Source: Nitrospira sp. Ga0074138
GTDB taxonomy: Bacteria > Nitrospirota > Nitrospiria > Nitrospirales > Nitrospiraceae
Assembly: GCA_001464735.1 (NCBI GenBank)
Contig: LNDU01000029.1
Span: 5,573-69,572 of the forward strand
DNA length: 64,000 bases
Direction of reading: 5' to 3'
Below are positions 11,644 to 20,511 of this stretch, piece after piece. The position numbers and the translations under genes were made by a program. Under the pieces are notes generated by a model. It saw nothing but the letters and a program-made list of their open reading frames with translations. It was not told the DNA's origin and searched no databases. How positions within the stretch are numbered: position 1 is the first letter of the stretch; every line of letters starts with the position of its first letter.

Positions 11644-11967
11644 ATGAAACAAACGGGACCAACAGGGAATTCAACGGGCTCGCCTGTCCCCAACCCTTCT
11701 CAGTCGACTCAGCTGGCCGGTGCCGCTCCGACGGTCCAGTTCGATGTGTCGAACCTGCAGAGTTCGTATGCGAACGTGTGCAATGTGTCTTCAACTCGCG
11801 AAGAAGTGGTGCTGGCTTTTGGTGTGAATAATGTGTGGGAGCGCGGACAGACGAACATCCAAGTTCAGCTGACCAACCGTATTGTGCTCAATCCCTTTAC
11901 TGCAAAACGATTGGCCAACATGCTCACTTGTGTGGTGACCGAGTATGAGGCGAGATTCGGAACGTGA
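11644..11967 (+). CDS. DUF3467 family protein
   Basis: SSYANVCNVSSTREEVVLAFG...RIVLNPFTAKRL motif; GGAG RBS. Confidence 0.75.
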   Translation: MKQTGPTGNSTGSPVPNPSQSTQLAGAAPTVQFDVSNLQSSYANVCNVSSTREEVVLAFGVNNVWERGQTNIQVQLTNRIVLNPFTAKRLANMLTCVVTEYEARFGT

Positions 11968-12312
11968 CATGACGATGCTAAGTCACAAACCGATGCGGCA
12001 TGAGGTGAGTTGGCGCGTTTACCTGGATGATGATACCATCCCCCAATGGGATCTTCTACTTATACCGACACTACCTGCAGGATCACTCAAGGAACGGAGC
12101 TGACCGGCTTCACCCTTTTTGAGTTACATGGATACCATTCGCGCAGTACCCGGTGTCTCGCTTCCCATGTGGTGCCATGTCACTCGCCGAATCTTTATTT
12201 TCTTACTGGACCATTTCTGGAAAAACACAGTTGTGCCTTTTTAGATACAGTTCCATTTCAGAACTTCATACATATTGCAAAGTAATAACAGCAACTTACA
12301 ATTATTATTTGC

Positions 12313-12328
12313 AGGCATATGAATTGCT
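12313..12328 (+). promoter_or_regulatory. Probable sigma-54 promoter upstream of lpxC
   Basis: AGGCATATGAATTGCT (GG-N10-GC) in an AT-rich stretch about 55 bp before the lpxC start. Confidence 0.45.
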
Positions 12329-12382
12329 TAGCATTAAAGTGGACGACTGTGTTTAAGCATTTGTCTCTATGAGGGAGGATTT

Positions 12383-13312
12383 GTGCGTAATCAACAAACT
12401 TTGGCATCGGCAGTAACCTGTTCTGGTGTAGGACTCCATTCCGGCCAGTCGGCGTCTATTACGCTGCGGCCTGCTCCCTCTGACACCGGCGTGGTTTTTG
12501 TCAATCGCAAGACGAACGTTGATACGTATCTTTCAGCCTCCGTTAAGCATCGTGTCCCAACCGAATTGTGCACAGCCATCAGCGGCAATGGGTTCCAAGT
12601 TCAGACCATTGAGCATCTGCTCTCGGCACTCTCAGGCCTTCATGTCGACAATGTCTTCGTCGATGTATCGGCAAGCGAAGTTCCGGTCATGGATGGAAGC
12701 GCCGCGCCCTTCGTCCGGCTGATTCAATCCGTCGGTATTGTCCCCCAGAATCGGAAACAGCCGTTTCTTAAGATTATGGCACCGATCGAAGTGACCGAGG
12801 GTTCGAAGCGTGTTCGGATCGAACCGTCCCCCACCCCAAAGATCACCTACTCCATTCACTATGAACATCCCCTGATCAAGACGCAGACCTATGCCTATGA
12901 TTGCTCCGCCAGCGCGTTTGAGAATGAGATCGCCGAAGCCAGGACATTTGGGTTTCTGTACGAGGTCCAAGCCTTGTGGGCTCGCGGGCTCGGCAAAGGC
13001 GGAACCCTGGACAACACCGTTGTCCTGTCGGATGATGGGGTCATCAACGAATCCGGCCTTCGATTCGGCGATGAGTTTGTTCGCCACAAAATCCTTGATC
13101 TGATCGGTGACTTTTCTCTTATGGGGATGCCCTTCATCGGTCACATCGTCGCAGACCGGTCAGGACATGCACTCCACACGCGGTTGGTCCAGCAGATCCT
13201 GGCCCAGCCAGAGAAGTGGGTGCTTCTCAACGCAGACCCCTCAGGAGAAGGGAAGCGATCAATGGCACACGCGCTTCACCTTCATCCAGCTGTCGCACTT
13301 CAGGCTTCTTAG
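12383..13312 (+). CDS. lpxC: UDP-3-O-acyl-N-acetylglucosamine deacetylase
   Basis: QQTLASAVTCSGVGLHSG, TIEHLLSAL, EVPVMDGSA, RHKILDLIGD and SGHALH motifs. Confidence 0.95.
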   Translation: MRNQQTLASAVTCSGVGLHSGQSASITLRPAPSDTGVVFVNRKTNVDTYLSASVKHRVPTELCTAISGNGFQVQTIEHLLSALSGLHVDNVFVDVSASEVPVMDGSAAPFVRLIQSVGIVPQNRKQPFLKIMAPIEVTEGSKRVRIEPSPTPKITYSIHYEHPLIKTQTYAYDCSASAFENEIAEARTFGFLYEVQALWARGLGKGGTLDNTVVLSDDGVINESGLRFGDEFVRHKILDLIGDFSLMGMPFIGHIVADRSGHALHTRLVQQILAQPEKWVLLNADPSGEGKRSMAHALHLHPAVALQAS

Positions 13313-13394
13313 TAGTCTGCAGAGATTATTATCCGGCTGATTGCTGATCTTCTGGCAGGTCGCGCTCTTTATTCCAACACATCACAGTATGGTA

Positions 13395-13424
13395 CGCCGG
13401 GAGTGAGTGGCCTCACCCCCGGCG
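13395..13424. terminator. GC-rich hairpin between convergent lpxC and the sORF/HTH unit
   Basis: CGCCGGG-A-GTGAG-tggc-CTCAC-C-CCCGGCG stem-loop. Confidence 0.55.
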
Positions 13425-13443
13425 CATCACATTATAGCGGGGA

Positions 13444-13482
13444 TTACTTCTTCTTCTTCTTTGCTGCTTTCTTTGTCGCCAA
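13444..13482 (-). CDS. 12-aa Lys-rich micro-ORF (MATKKAAKKKKK)
   Basis: TTG GCG ACA AAG AAA GCA GCA AAG AAG AAG AAG AAG TAA, preceded by the SD-like AGGGGGGTGAG and followed by a hairpin. Confidence 0.55.
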   Translation of the reverse strand: MATKKAAKKKKK

Positions 13483-13530
13483 GAGTCTCACCCCCCTTCG
13501 CCGTATCACGTTAGGCCCGTTAACTGATCG

Positions 13531-14052
13531 CTACACCGCCTGAATCAACATATCGTCTAACGCCTCGAACGTGTTGGGACCGACTTTCCTAAACCGCTTG
13601 TCCCGCTTGAGCGACGTGGCAATCGATGTCAGCGGCGTTTTCCCTTTGATCTGCAACCCGCCTTCGATGAGGCGCTGCACCAATTCCTTCGCATGCATGG
13701 AGCGGTTTGATTCACGGAGGATCTCATAGGCTGCTTGCGGGACGCTTTTCCCAACGTACTTACTTCGGCCAAGCAAAATTTCTCGTGATTGATCGGTCAC
13801 GTCCATAACCTGTGGAGACCGAATACCCTTGGAGTCATCTGCGGGAATAATTTGGTTGGAGAGACTGGCAAGCTTGGCCTTGTCGGCCTCGACGCGGTAG
13901 AGAGTTTCAGCAAGTTCGAGATACTTCTTAATCGTCGCAATTTCATCATCCAAACGACGACGCTTCTTCTCCAGGTCCTGGAACCGACTCTTGTAGGCGT
14001 TAATCCGTTGATCTAGCCCAACGAGAATGTCTCTTAATTCCTCCACAAGCAC
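13531..14052 (-). CDS. Coiled-coil plus winged-HTH (HARE-HTH-like) protein
   Basis: N-terminal coiled coil; C-terminal AAYEILRESNRSMHAKELVQRL...TSIATSLKRDKRFRKVGPNTF. Confidence 0.65.
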   Translation of the reverse strand: MLVEELRDILVGLDQRINAYKSRFQDLEKKRRRLDDEIATIKKYLELAETLYRVEADKAKLASLSNQIIPADDSKGIRSPQVMDVTDQSREILLGRSKYVGKSVPQAAYEILRESNRSMHAKELVQRLIEGGLQIKGKTPLTSIATSLKRDKRFRKVGPNTFEALDDMLIQAV

Positions 14053-14230
14053 CTCTCGTAAAGCATGCTTGCTTTATAGCATTGCTTCTAATCTCTGTCA
14101 AGTTTCTTGATTCAAATAATATGTTCGCTCAATAAACATACTCTTGCACACATGTAACCCTTGCCTGTGCATTGTAGGGAAGGCTTGTTTCTGTGAAAAG
14201 CACCGTTACCCGCTCGATTACATACAGGGC

Positions 14231-15061
14231 ATGCTACAATCCGGCGTGCCGATTCTTCATGACCACCCGTCCCACGACATCCTGCTCGACACGGCGATTG
14301 CCGCCGGCAAAGAAGCGGGCGCCCTCCTCCGAACCTATGCGAGTTCTGGGTTCCGCATCGAGTATAAGAATCCGATCAATCTAGTGACGGACGCGGACCG
14401 TGCCGCTGAACAGTGTGTCATCGACCATATCCGGGCTCGCTTCCCCACCCATCGATTCCTGGCCGAGGAGCGTGGCCGTATTGAGGAGGTCCCGTCACCC
14501 TATCTCTGGGTGATCGACCCACTCGACGGCACCACGAATTTTGCTCACGGCTACCCCACCTACTGCGTCTCTATCGGCCTTGAGTATGAGGGGCGCTGTA
14601 TTCTTGGCGTGATTGTTGACCCCTCGCGGGACGAACTCTTCACAGCCATTAAACATCGTGGCGCGCAGTTGAACGGTCACCCCATCCACGTATCCAAGAC
14701 GGCGACACTCAACAGCAGCCTGCTGGTGACAGGCTTCGCGTACGACATCCGAGACACACCGCGCAACAACCTGGATCATTTTTCCAAGTTTGCCATGAAG
14801 GCACAGGGACTTCGGCGAACGGGTTCTGCGGCATTGGATCTCTGCTATGTGGCGGCAGGGCGCTTCGACGGGTTCTGGGAAGTCCAGCTCAATCCCTGGG
14901 ATATGGCGGCTGGATCAGTCATTGTGAAAGAAGCCGGTGGACGGCTGACCGATTTCAGCGGAAAGGATCTCTCCATCTACGGACAGGAGCTGGTCGCGAG
15001 CAATGGCCAGATCCACGAGGCGATGCTCCAGGTTCTCAAGCAAGATGCTCCACGGACATGA
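14231..15061 (+). CDS. suhB: Inositol monophosphatase family protein
   Basis: LVTDAD, LAEE, WVIDPLDGTTNFAHG, RRTGSAALDL and PWDMAAG motifs. The exact start is uncertain. Confidence 0.9.
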   Translation: MLQSGVPILHDHPSHDILLDTAIAAGKEAGALLRTYASSGFRIEYKNPINLVTDADRAAEQCVIDHIRARFPTHRFLAEERGRIEEVPSPYLWVIDPLDGTTNFAHGYPTYCVSIGLEYEGRCILGVIVDPSRDELFTAIKHRGAQLNGHPIHVSKTATLNSSLLVTGFAYDIRDTPRNNLDHFSKFAMKAQGLRRTGSAALDLCYVAAGRFDGFWEVQLNPWDMAAGSVIVKEAGGRLTDFSGKDLSIYGQELVASNGQIHEAMLQVLKQDAPRT

Positions 15062-15160
15062 ACGCACGATAGAGGTGTAGCCTCGTGAAGCTCCCCCACC
15101 AATGTACAACTCGAGTGTGGATACGGTATGCTGCAAATATCGATCAACAGGAGTCTTCGC

Positions 15161-15442
15161 ATGGCGCGTGCCGTCCCTCCACCAGAACAACCGAATAACA
15201 GTCTTTCCGGTGATCAACCCGTTGATCCAGCCTGGGACGTGGAATTGCTCCGCGTGCTCGTCAGCCGAAAAGGGATACAAGTCGAAGCCCAATGGGCGAT
15301 CCACCCTCAGCTGAAGCAGGACTTGTTGCCTGCCGAATGGCAGGAAGTGAAAGATCTCATGACACAGGTGACCGACATCGTCGGCAATCGCTTCTCCGAA
15401 GCTCTGGCGAATGTCGAGCCTATCCCTCCGGGACATGCCTGA
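15161..15442 (+). CDS. Hypothetical protein
   Basis: AGGAG RBS before the ATG at 15161; no recognised motif. Confidence 0.55.
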   Translation: MARAVPPPEQPNNSLSGDQPVDPAWDVELLRVLVSRKGIQVEAQWAIHPQLKQDLLPAEWQEVKDLMTQVTDIVGNRFSEALANVEPIPPGHA

Positions 15443-15501
15443 TCGCTTTATCGCGCGACTTCTTTCTTCTCCACATCATCGAATCACATAGGAGGTTCCT
15501 C

Positions 15502-15834
15502 ATGGACTCGTATTACCATTCGCATGATCTTGGCAAGTTTGCTGACATCGGAAAGGGCAACAAAGCACTGTGGGAGAAGTTCAAGAGCTACTACGACGCG
15601 GTGTTTGTGGAGGGCGCGTTGACGGAGCGAGAGAAGGCGCTCATTGCCCTGGCCGTCGCCCATACCGTGCAATGTCCCTACTGCATCGACGCCTACACGC
15701 AGGCGTCGCTGGAAAAGGGATCAAATGTAGAAGAAATGACCGAGGCGGTGCACGTCGCTTGCGCCATCCGCGGCGGCGCATCACTTGTCCATGGCGTCCA
15801 GATGCGGAACGTGGCGGAGAAGCTGTCGATGTAG
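15502..15834 (+). CDS. AhpD/carboxymuconolactone decarboxylase family protein (arsenosugar-associated peroxidase-like)
   Basis: GALTEREKALIALAVAHTVQCPYCIDAY with CxxC; GGAGG RBS. Confidence 0.8.
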   Translation: MDSYYHSHDLGKFADIGKGNKALWEKFKSYYDAVFVEGALTEREKALIALAVAHTVQCPYCIDAYTQASLEKGSNVEEMTEAVHVACAIRGGASLVHGVQMRNVAEKLSM

Positions 15835-15965
15835 GAGGTGAGTTGACAGGTATTTCTTAGGAGGCGCGATGACTCAACTCCATCAAGTTGAGATCAGCCA
15901 ATAAGAGCTGATTGGGATTTTTACAGTTGTCCCTGGTTCAACCGGCAAGGAGGATTCTTAATCCC

Positions 15966-16364
15966 TCATTTCAGGACTTCGTCTGGGAACAGCGCGGTGA
16001 TGAGAGATCGCGCCTCTGGTAACAACGGCTTCACCTCTTCGAGTTCCAAACCGGTGCTACCCAGAGTCGGATACCGTTCAGCCATGTAGAAGGCAGAGGC
16101 TTGTTCGCAGAGGCCACGAAACGGTCGAATCGCGTCATCATGGGCTGCAGCTTCATCAAGTAAGCTCTGAAGCGTGTGCACCTTCTTCAGCTTCCAGCCT
16201 TTCCCCAAGAGATACGCCTTGAGAAATTTCTCCAAGGCCTGTTGAAGAAAGAGCCCCGCCCCTTCGGCATCGCCATCGTCCAACATGACATGAATTCGAT
16301 GCCAGTCCTGTCGTCCGACAACCCGCCAGTCTTCAGGGTACAAAGAATCGCGGCGTGAGGTCAC
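15966..16364 (-). CDS. HEPN domain protein
   Basis: FLQQALEKFLKAYL...KKVHTLQSL...YMAERYP HEPN motif; overlaps the MNT gene by 4 bp. Confidence 0.85.
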   Translation of the reverse strand: MTSRRDSLYPEDWRVVGRQDWHRIHVMLDDGDAEGAGLFLQQALEKFLKAYLLGKGWKLKKVHTLQSLLDEAAAHDDAIRPFRGLCEQASAFYMAERYPTLGSTGLELEEVKPLLPEARSLITALFPDEVLK

Positions 16365-16693
16365 AAGTCCACCCCTGTCTCCACCACCTCCGCAATAAAT
16401 TGATCGCCGCGGGCTAACCGGGCCTGCAATTCCTGTGGGCTCAAGACAATCGGCGCCAGCGGCAACCCATAGCTGATTTCGCGCACAACGCGAAGCACCG
16501 AGGCCGAACGCTCGTAAAAACGCTCGCCGGTGTCGGCGATCACCAGCAGATCGATATCGCTATGCTCAGTGGCTGTGTCGTGTGCCATCGACCCAAAGAG
16601 GATGACACGCACAGCACCATAATTCTGGCGCAATCGATCCGCAATGGTTTTCAACCGATCCCTATCGACGGTCGTAGAAATCGACGGGGCCAT
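16361..16693 (-). CDS. Minimal nucleotidyltransferase (MNT)
   Basis: VILFGSMAHDTATEHSDIDLLVI (GS-x10-DxD); GAAGGAGG RBS. Confidence 0.85.
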   Translation of the reverse strand: MAPSISTTVDRDRLKTIADRLRQNYGAVRVILFGSMAHDTATEHSDIDLLVIADTGERFYERSASVLRVVREISYGLPLAPIVLSPQELQARLARGDQFIAEVVETGVDL

Positions 16694-16880
16694 ACTGCCT
16701 CCTTCATCTATCCAGCTGTCTTTCCTGAGCGGGCGAAACACCGAGGGCCTTAGCCAGGATGCTTCTTCAAGCCGCTAGCTGCACCTCGATCTCAGGGGTG
16801 CCCAGTCTCCCGTAGCAAGTACCTTGAGAGCATATTAGTGCGCAACAGCAAACGCCTGCAACCGGATAGCAATTTTCCAC

Positions 16881-16907
16881 TCGTCAGAGGCTCAGCGCGA
16901 ACGGATG
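16881..16907 (+). repeat. REP-like element copy at the avd breakpoint
   Basis: AGGCTCAGCGCGAACGGATG matches AGGCTCAGCACGAGCGGATG of the copy at 20484-20510. Confidence 0.6.
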
Positions 16908-17053
16908 TTGTTCGGCATGCGCGACTCGATCCGCTCTCCCAGCACAAACCGATGAGATCGTGGAAACTTGCCCAAGTGGTTGATGAGCCAGCGCAGCACA
17001 TCGTAGGCCTTGGTCACGGCCATAGGAAGGGTTCCGGCAGATTCCTCGGTCAT
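16892..17053 (-). pseudogene. avd: Truncated DGR accessory variability determinant (Avd-like four-helix bundle), N-terminal 46 aa only
   Basis: Manual translation (53 aa, below the ORF-track cutoff): MTEESAGTLPMAVTKAYDVLRWLINHLGKFPRSHRFVLGERIESRM|PNNIRSR*. KxYD-WL-KFPR-xRF-LGxRIE is the Avd N-terminal signature. The gene sits directly after an FGE/CLec gene. Confidence 0.8.
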
Positions 17054-17110
17054 GATGACCCCGGATTACAACTCGTTGATCACACAAAGAGAAGAGACGA
17101 TAACGAAGAC

Positions 17111-17138
17111 CCGGAGAAAAGGAAACAGGGTCAAAGCG
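17111..17138 (-). repeat. 28-bp element 6 bp downstream of an FGE/CLec stop codon (copy 1)
   Basis: CCGGAGAAAAGGAAACAGGGTCAAAGCG, 27/28 identical to 25359-25386, with the same distance to the stop. Confidence 0.85.
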
Positions 17139-17144
17139 TATAGA

Positions 17145-20100
17145 CTATTTTATGTCCTGGGCAAGGCGAAAACCGATGGTATTGTCTCGATCGTCAGCCA
17201 GGCCAGGCTTGTCGTAGCGCCGGGACCAGACGTTGAACTCCTTCCTCTCCCTTCTGTCATCCCAGGAACCACCCCGGATCACCCGCAAACCTTTCTTTTT
17301 GTCATACCAGTCCGCACACCATTCCCAGACATTCCCGACCATGTCATAGCACCCGTAGGGACTGACCCCAGTAGCATAATCGGTTACCGGTGTCGTATGG
17401 GAAACGCGCGCATGGGCACTATTGCATTTCCCCTTGTCGAACTCGTCTCCCCAAGGATATTCGCGTCCATCCTCCTGGCCACGAGCAGCCTTTTCCCACT
17501 CCTGCTCGGTCGGCAGGCGTTTCCCAGCCCATTTTGCATATGCCTCTGCTTCAAAGTAGCTGACTCCAACAACGGGATGATCGGCCTTGTTCCATTGAGG
17601 ATCATCCCAGTATTGAGGATCTGTGACGTTATTTGTTGTTTTCCACTTCCACCCATCATCTGACCAGTATTGCTGATCTTGATAACCACCGGCCGAGGTC
17701 ATGGTCGATCGTCTCGCGGGTTTTCCGGTCGCCATACAAGAACGGTCCCTTCGGCACTTTCACCATCTCAAAGGGAGGTTCCTGTCTGGGTGTATTTTGG
17801 CTCCGAAAGCTTGACTGACGCCCAGTTGATTCCCCTCGCGATGATTCCTCTTCTGCCGCCCTCGCGGCTTTCCCCTCTATCACCCGTGCAGGCTTCTCCT
17901 CCGGCACTATTCCATACTTCTCTATGAACCCCGACAAGGGTCGCTCTTCCGCTATTGGAGAAGGCCTTTCTTTCCTATCCTCAACCATAGGCTCGACAGT
18001 CTTAGATACTGCCGTAGGCTGATCGACTGGATTCCACATCCCTTTTTACAGAAATCCTATTAGCCGATCCATGTCTCGATGAAAATCGGGATCAGGGCGC
18101 ATGACGAGGCCATTCCGGTAAGACAACTCTTGCAGACTGGCCAGGAGCCGATCCACCAGCGGGATCGCGGCCCCGCTCACCAGCACCGGAATGATTGGAA
18201 TGTCCCGTTTGAGGGCCGATTCGACCTCAATGCGGACAAAATCCCCTGGGTCCTCGAGTCTCGACTTGCCCTTACTGCCGCGTTTTTTGATCCAATCCCG
18301 CCCGATGACTACCAGGAACACCTAGCACTTACTCACCTGCGTATCGAGATACTTCCGAAAATCAACACCAAACGGAATCGAATCGACATCCTTAAAGACG
18401 GCCCCTGCCCCAAACTCTTGACGGAGTCGGTCGTAGATCCGCCCCGTGACATCGGCACTATCCTCGCGACGATAGGAAATGAAGATCCTGCTCATACTCC
18501 TAGGCAAGTTCGAACGCACGGCGCCACGCATCACGCCAGACGGTTTCGCTTCCAGTCGCTCGGACTCTGATTCCACCTCAGCGGCTCGAGAGAGCGTCGC
18601 ACGGTTTACCGTGATGAGGTATGTCTTATTACTACCATTCGAGGCAATCACGATGATTTCTATTTCGGTACTCGATCCGGCAGGGGCTAGAGTTATGGAA
18701 CGGGCTTGCCCCGCACTAGTTCCCTGTCCATTGATCGTCATACTGGAATTGATATCTTGAAGTGTTGGAGTCACGGTGACGCTTGTAACGTTGCTACCAA
18801 CGTTCACCGTATAGGAAGTCCTGCTGGCACTAAAGGAAGGCGAGAGCCTCCCAGATGAGACGGACAAACTCTGCAAGTTATGGTTCCCGCCAAGTGCTGC
18901 CCGGGACACGTTCACCACGTAGGTCTTTTGACTGCCCTCGGATGCGGTCACCCAGATCGTCACACAGGTGGTTGTCCCAGGCCCGCTCAGTTGAATGGTT
19001 GCTTGGCCAGTGGCGCCGCCCACCCCAGCCGATACATCACCCGATATCACGGCATTCGGATCGGCCTTGGTTGCCGCTACTGTGACGCTGGTGACGGCAC
19101 TGCCGACGTTTGCCATATATTGTGTTGTGCTTGCAGTAAACACCGGGCTGATGGAACCAGGAGGCGTCACCGTCAATGCTGACAGGTTGTTATTCTCGCT
19201 AACGACAGCACGAGAGACGTTTACTGTGTAGGTCTTCTGAGTGCCATTGGGTGCGGTCACCTCAATATTAATTAAGGCATTTGACCCTGCTCCGTTCAAC
19301 GCTATGGTTCGGGGTTGTCCGGAGGTGGAGGCCTGCCCATTCACGGTGATCGTTGCGTTGGGATCCTGCCGCGTAGGCGTGACCGTGGCACTGGTCACGG
19401 TGCTTGCCACATCCACGGTATAGCTCAGTGTGTTCGCACTAAAGGCAGGAGTCAGAGTACCTGACGACACGGTTAACGCTGACAAGTTGTTGTTGCCTGA
19501 CGGGACTGCTCGGTTTACCGTGATGCGGTAGGTTTTCGAACTTCCGTTCGGAGGGGTGACAGTAATCACCGCGAGTGTGGTTGTCCCTGGTCCGTTGAGT
19601 GGAAGAGTCGCTTGGCCGGTTGCTGTTCCTGACCCAGCTGTCGCATTCCCCGACAGCACGGCATTCGAATCAGCCTTGGTTGCCGAGACATTCACGCTGG
19701 TCACCTCACTCGCCACCTTCACTGTGTAGTCCGCGGTGCTCGCAGCAAAGCTTGGAACCAAGGTGCCCGGCGACAGGGTCAACGCCGACAAGTTATTGTT
19801 CCCACTAATAAGGACAGCTTGAACCGCACCCTGCAGCGGTTTGCTCTCAGGTTCGGACGTCGGCTTCGCTGACGATGTTGGAGTGGCCTGGCTCTGCGTC
19901 ACGGGAACGCCGATGACCCCGGCCAGATCGTCAATAAATTGGTCAAAGCCGGAATGCTCCTGATCCGGTTGCCAGTCCATCAAGTGCGCGGCCTGTAGAT
20001 GCTCAAACTCCAGTGGGATCTCAACCACGTCCAGCAGCATCACGGGGAATAAGATGTTTCGCCGCAGGCCACTCCGCGATTCATTCTTCACCCAGGTACT

Positions 20101-20298
20101 TTTGACCGAGGTCTTAGTCCCCACCACAACAACGGATCTCGCGGCTTTCAGAGCTTCATGAATGACGTCATCGAAAGACTTGCCAGCAGGAATCCGCCGA
20201 TCCCACCAGACCGACCACCCCTTCCGTTCCAAGGCTCGCGCCAGGGCTTGGACGCGGCCCTTATCTTCGCTGGAATAACTGATGAAGATGTCACTCAT
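17145..20298 (-). pseudogene. TIR - 4x cadherin-like beta-sandwich - TIR - FGE-sulfatase/C-lectin protein with several lesions
   Basis: MSDIFISYSSED TIR; four NNNLSAL...TYxxxVxRA repeats; second TIR (RIFISYRREDS) with an in-frame TAG at 18322-18324; stop/frameshift near 18046; deletion-frameshift near 17695 (IDHD|SAGGYQD); RLPTEQEWEKAARG, GNVWEW and GFRLAQD at the end. Confidence 0.8.
18595..19800 (-). repeat. Four tandem ~100-aa cadherin-like beta-sandwich repeats
   Basis: Repeat heads NNNLSALTLSPG, NNNLSALTVSSG, NNNLSALTVTPPG and NHNLQSLSVSSG. Boundaries are approximate. Confidence 0.8.
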
Positions 20299-20364
20299 GG
20301 CTGGTTCTAAAACGATACGGCTTCATCTGAACGACCCACAACCGCTTGTCACAGAGGCCCGTTT

Positions 20365-20507
20365 GTGGTGAGCCAGTCGAACCATGAAGGGACTTCCGGA
20401 ACGCTACTCAGGACCAGGAAGGGCCCAAGTGTAACGATCTCACGTAAAGCTGTCTAGCAGCTGTTTTGAGGAGTGAGGCTGTGCTTCGACAGGCTCAGCA
20501 CGAGCGG
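20365..20507. repeat. Inverted pair of TTCGACAGGCTCA-type REP-like elements
   Basis: GTGGTGAGCCAGTCGAACC (20365-20383) and CTTCGACAGGCTCAGCACGAGCGG (20484-20507). Confidence 0.65.
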
Positions 20508-20511
20508 ATGG

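Noticed and set aside
16760-16890. Possible remnant of a DGR RT C-terminus or template repeat after the avd break
   Set aside because: Only vague similarity; no RT motif or AAC-rich copy of either VR could be aligned.
10013-18324. Two in-frame TAG codons (10013, 18322) suggesting amber recoding or readthrough
   Set aside because: Ordinary genes here (lpxC, for example) end in TAG, both affected genes carry other lesions, and no pyl machinery is visible.
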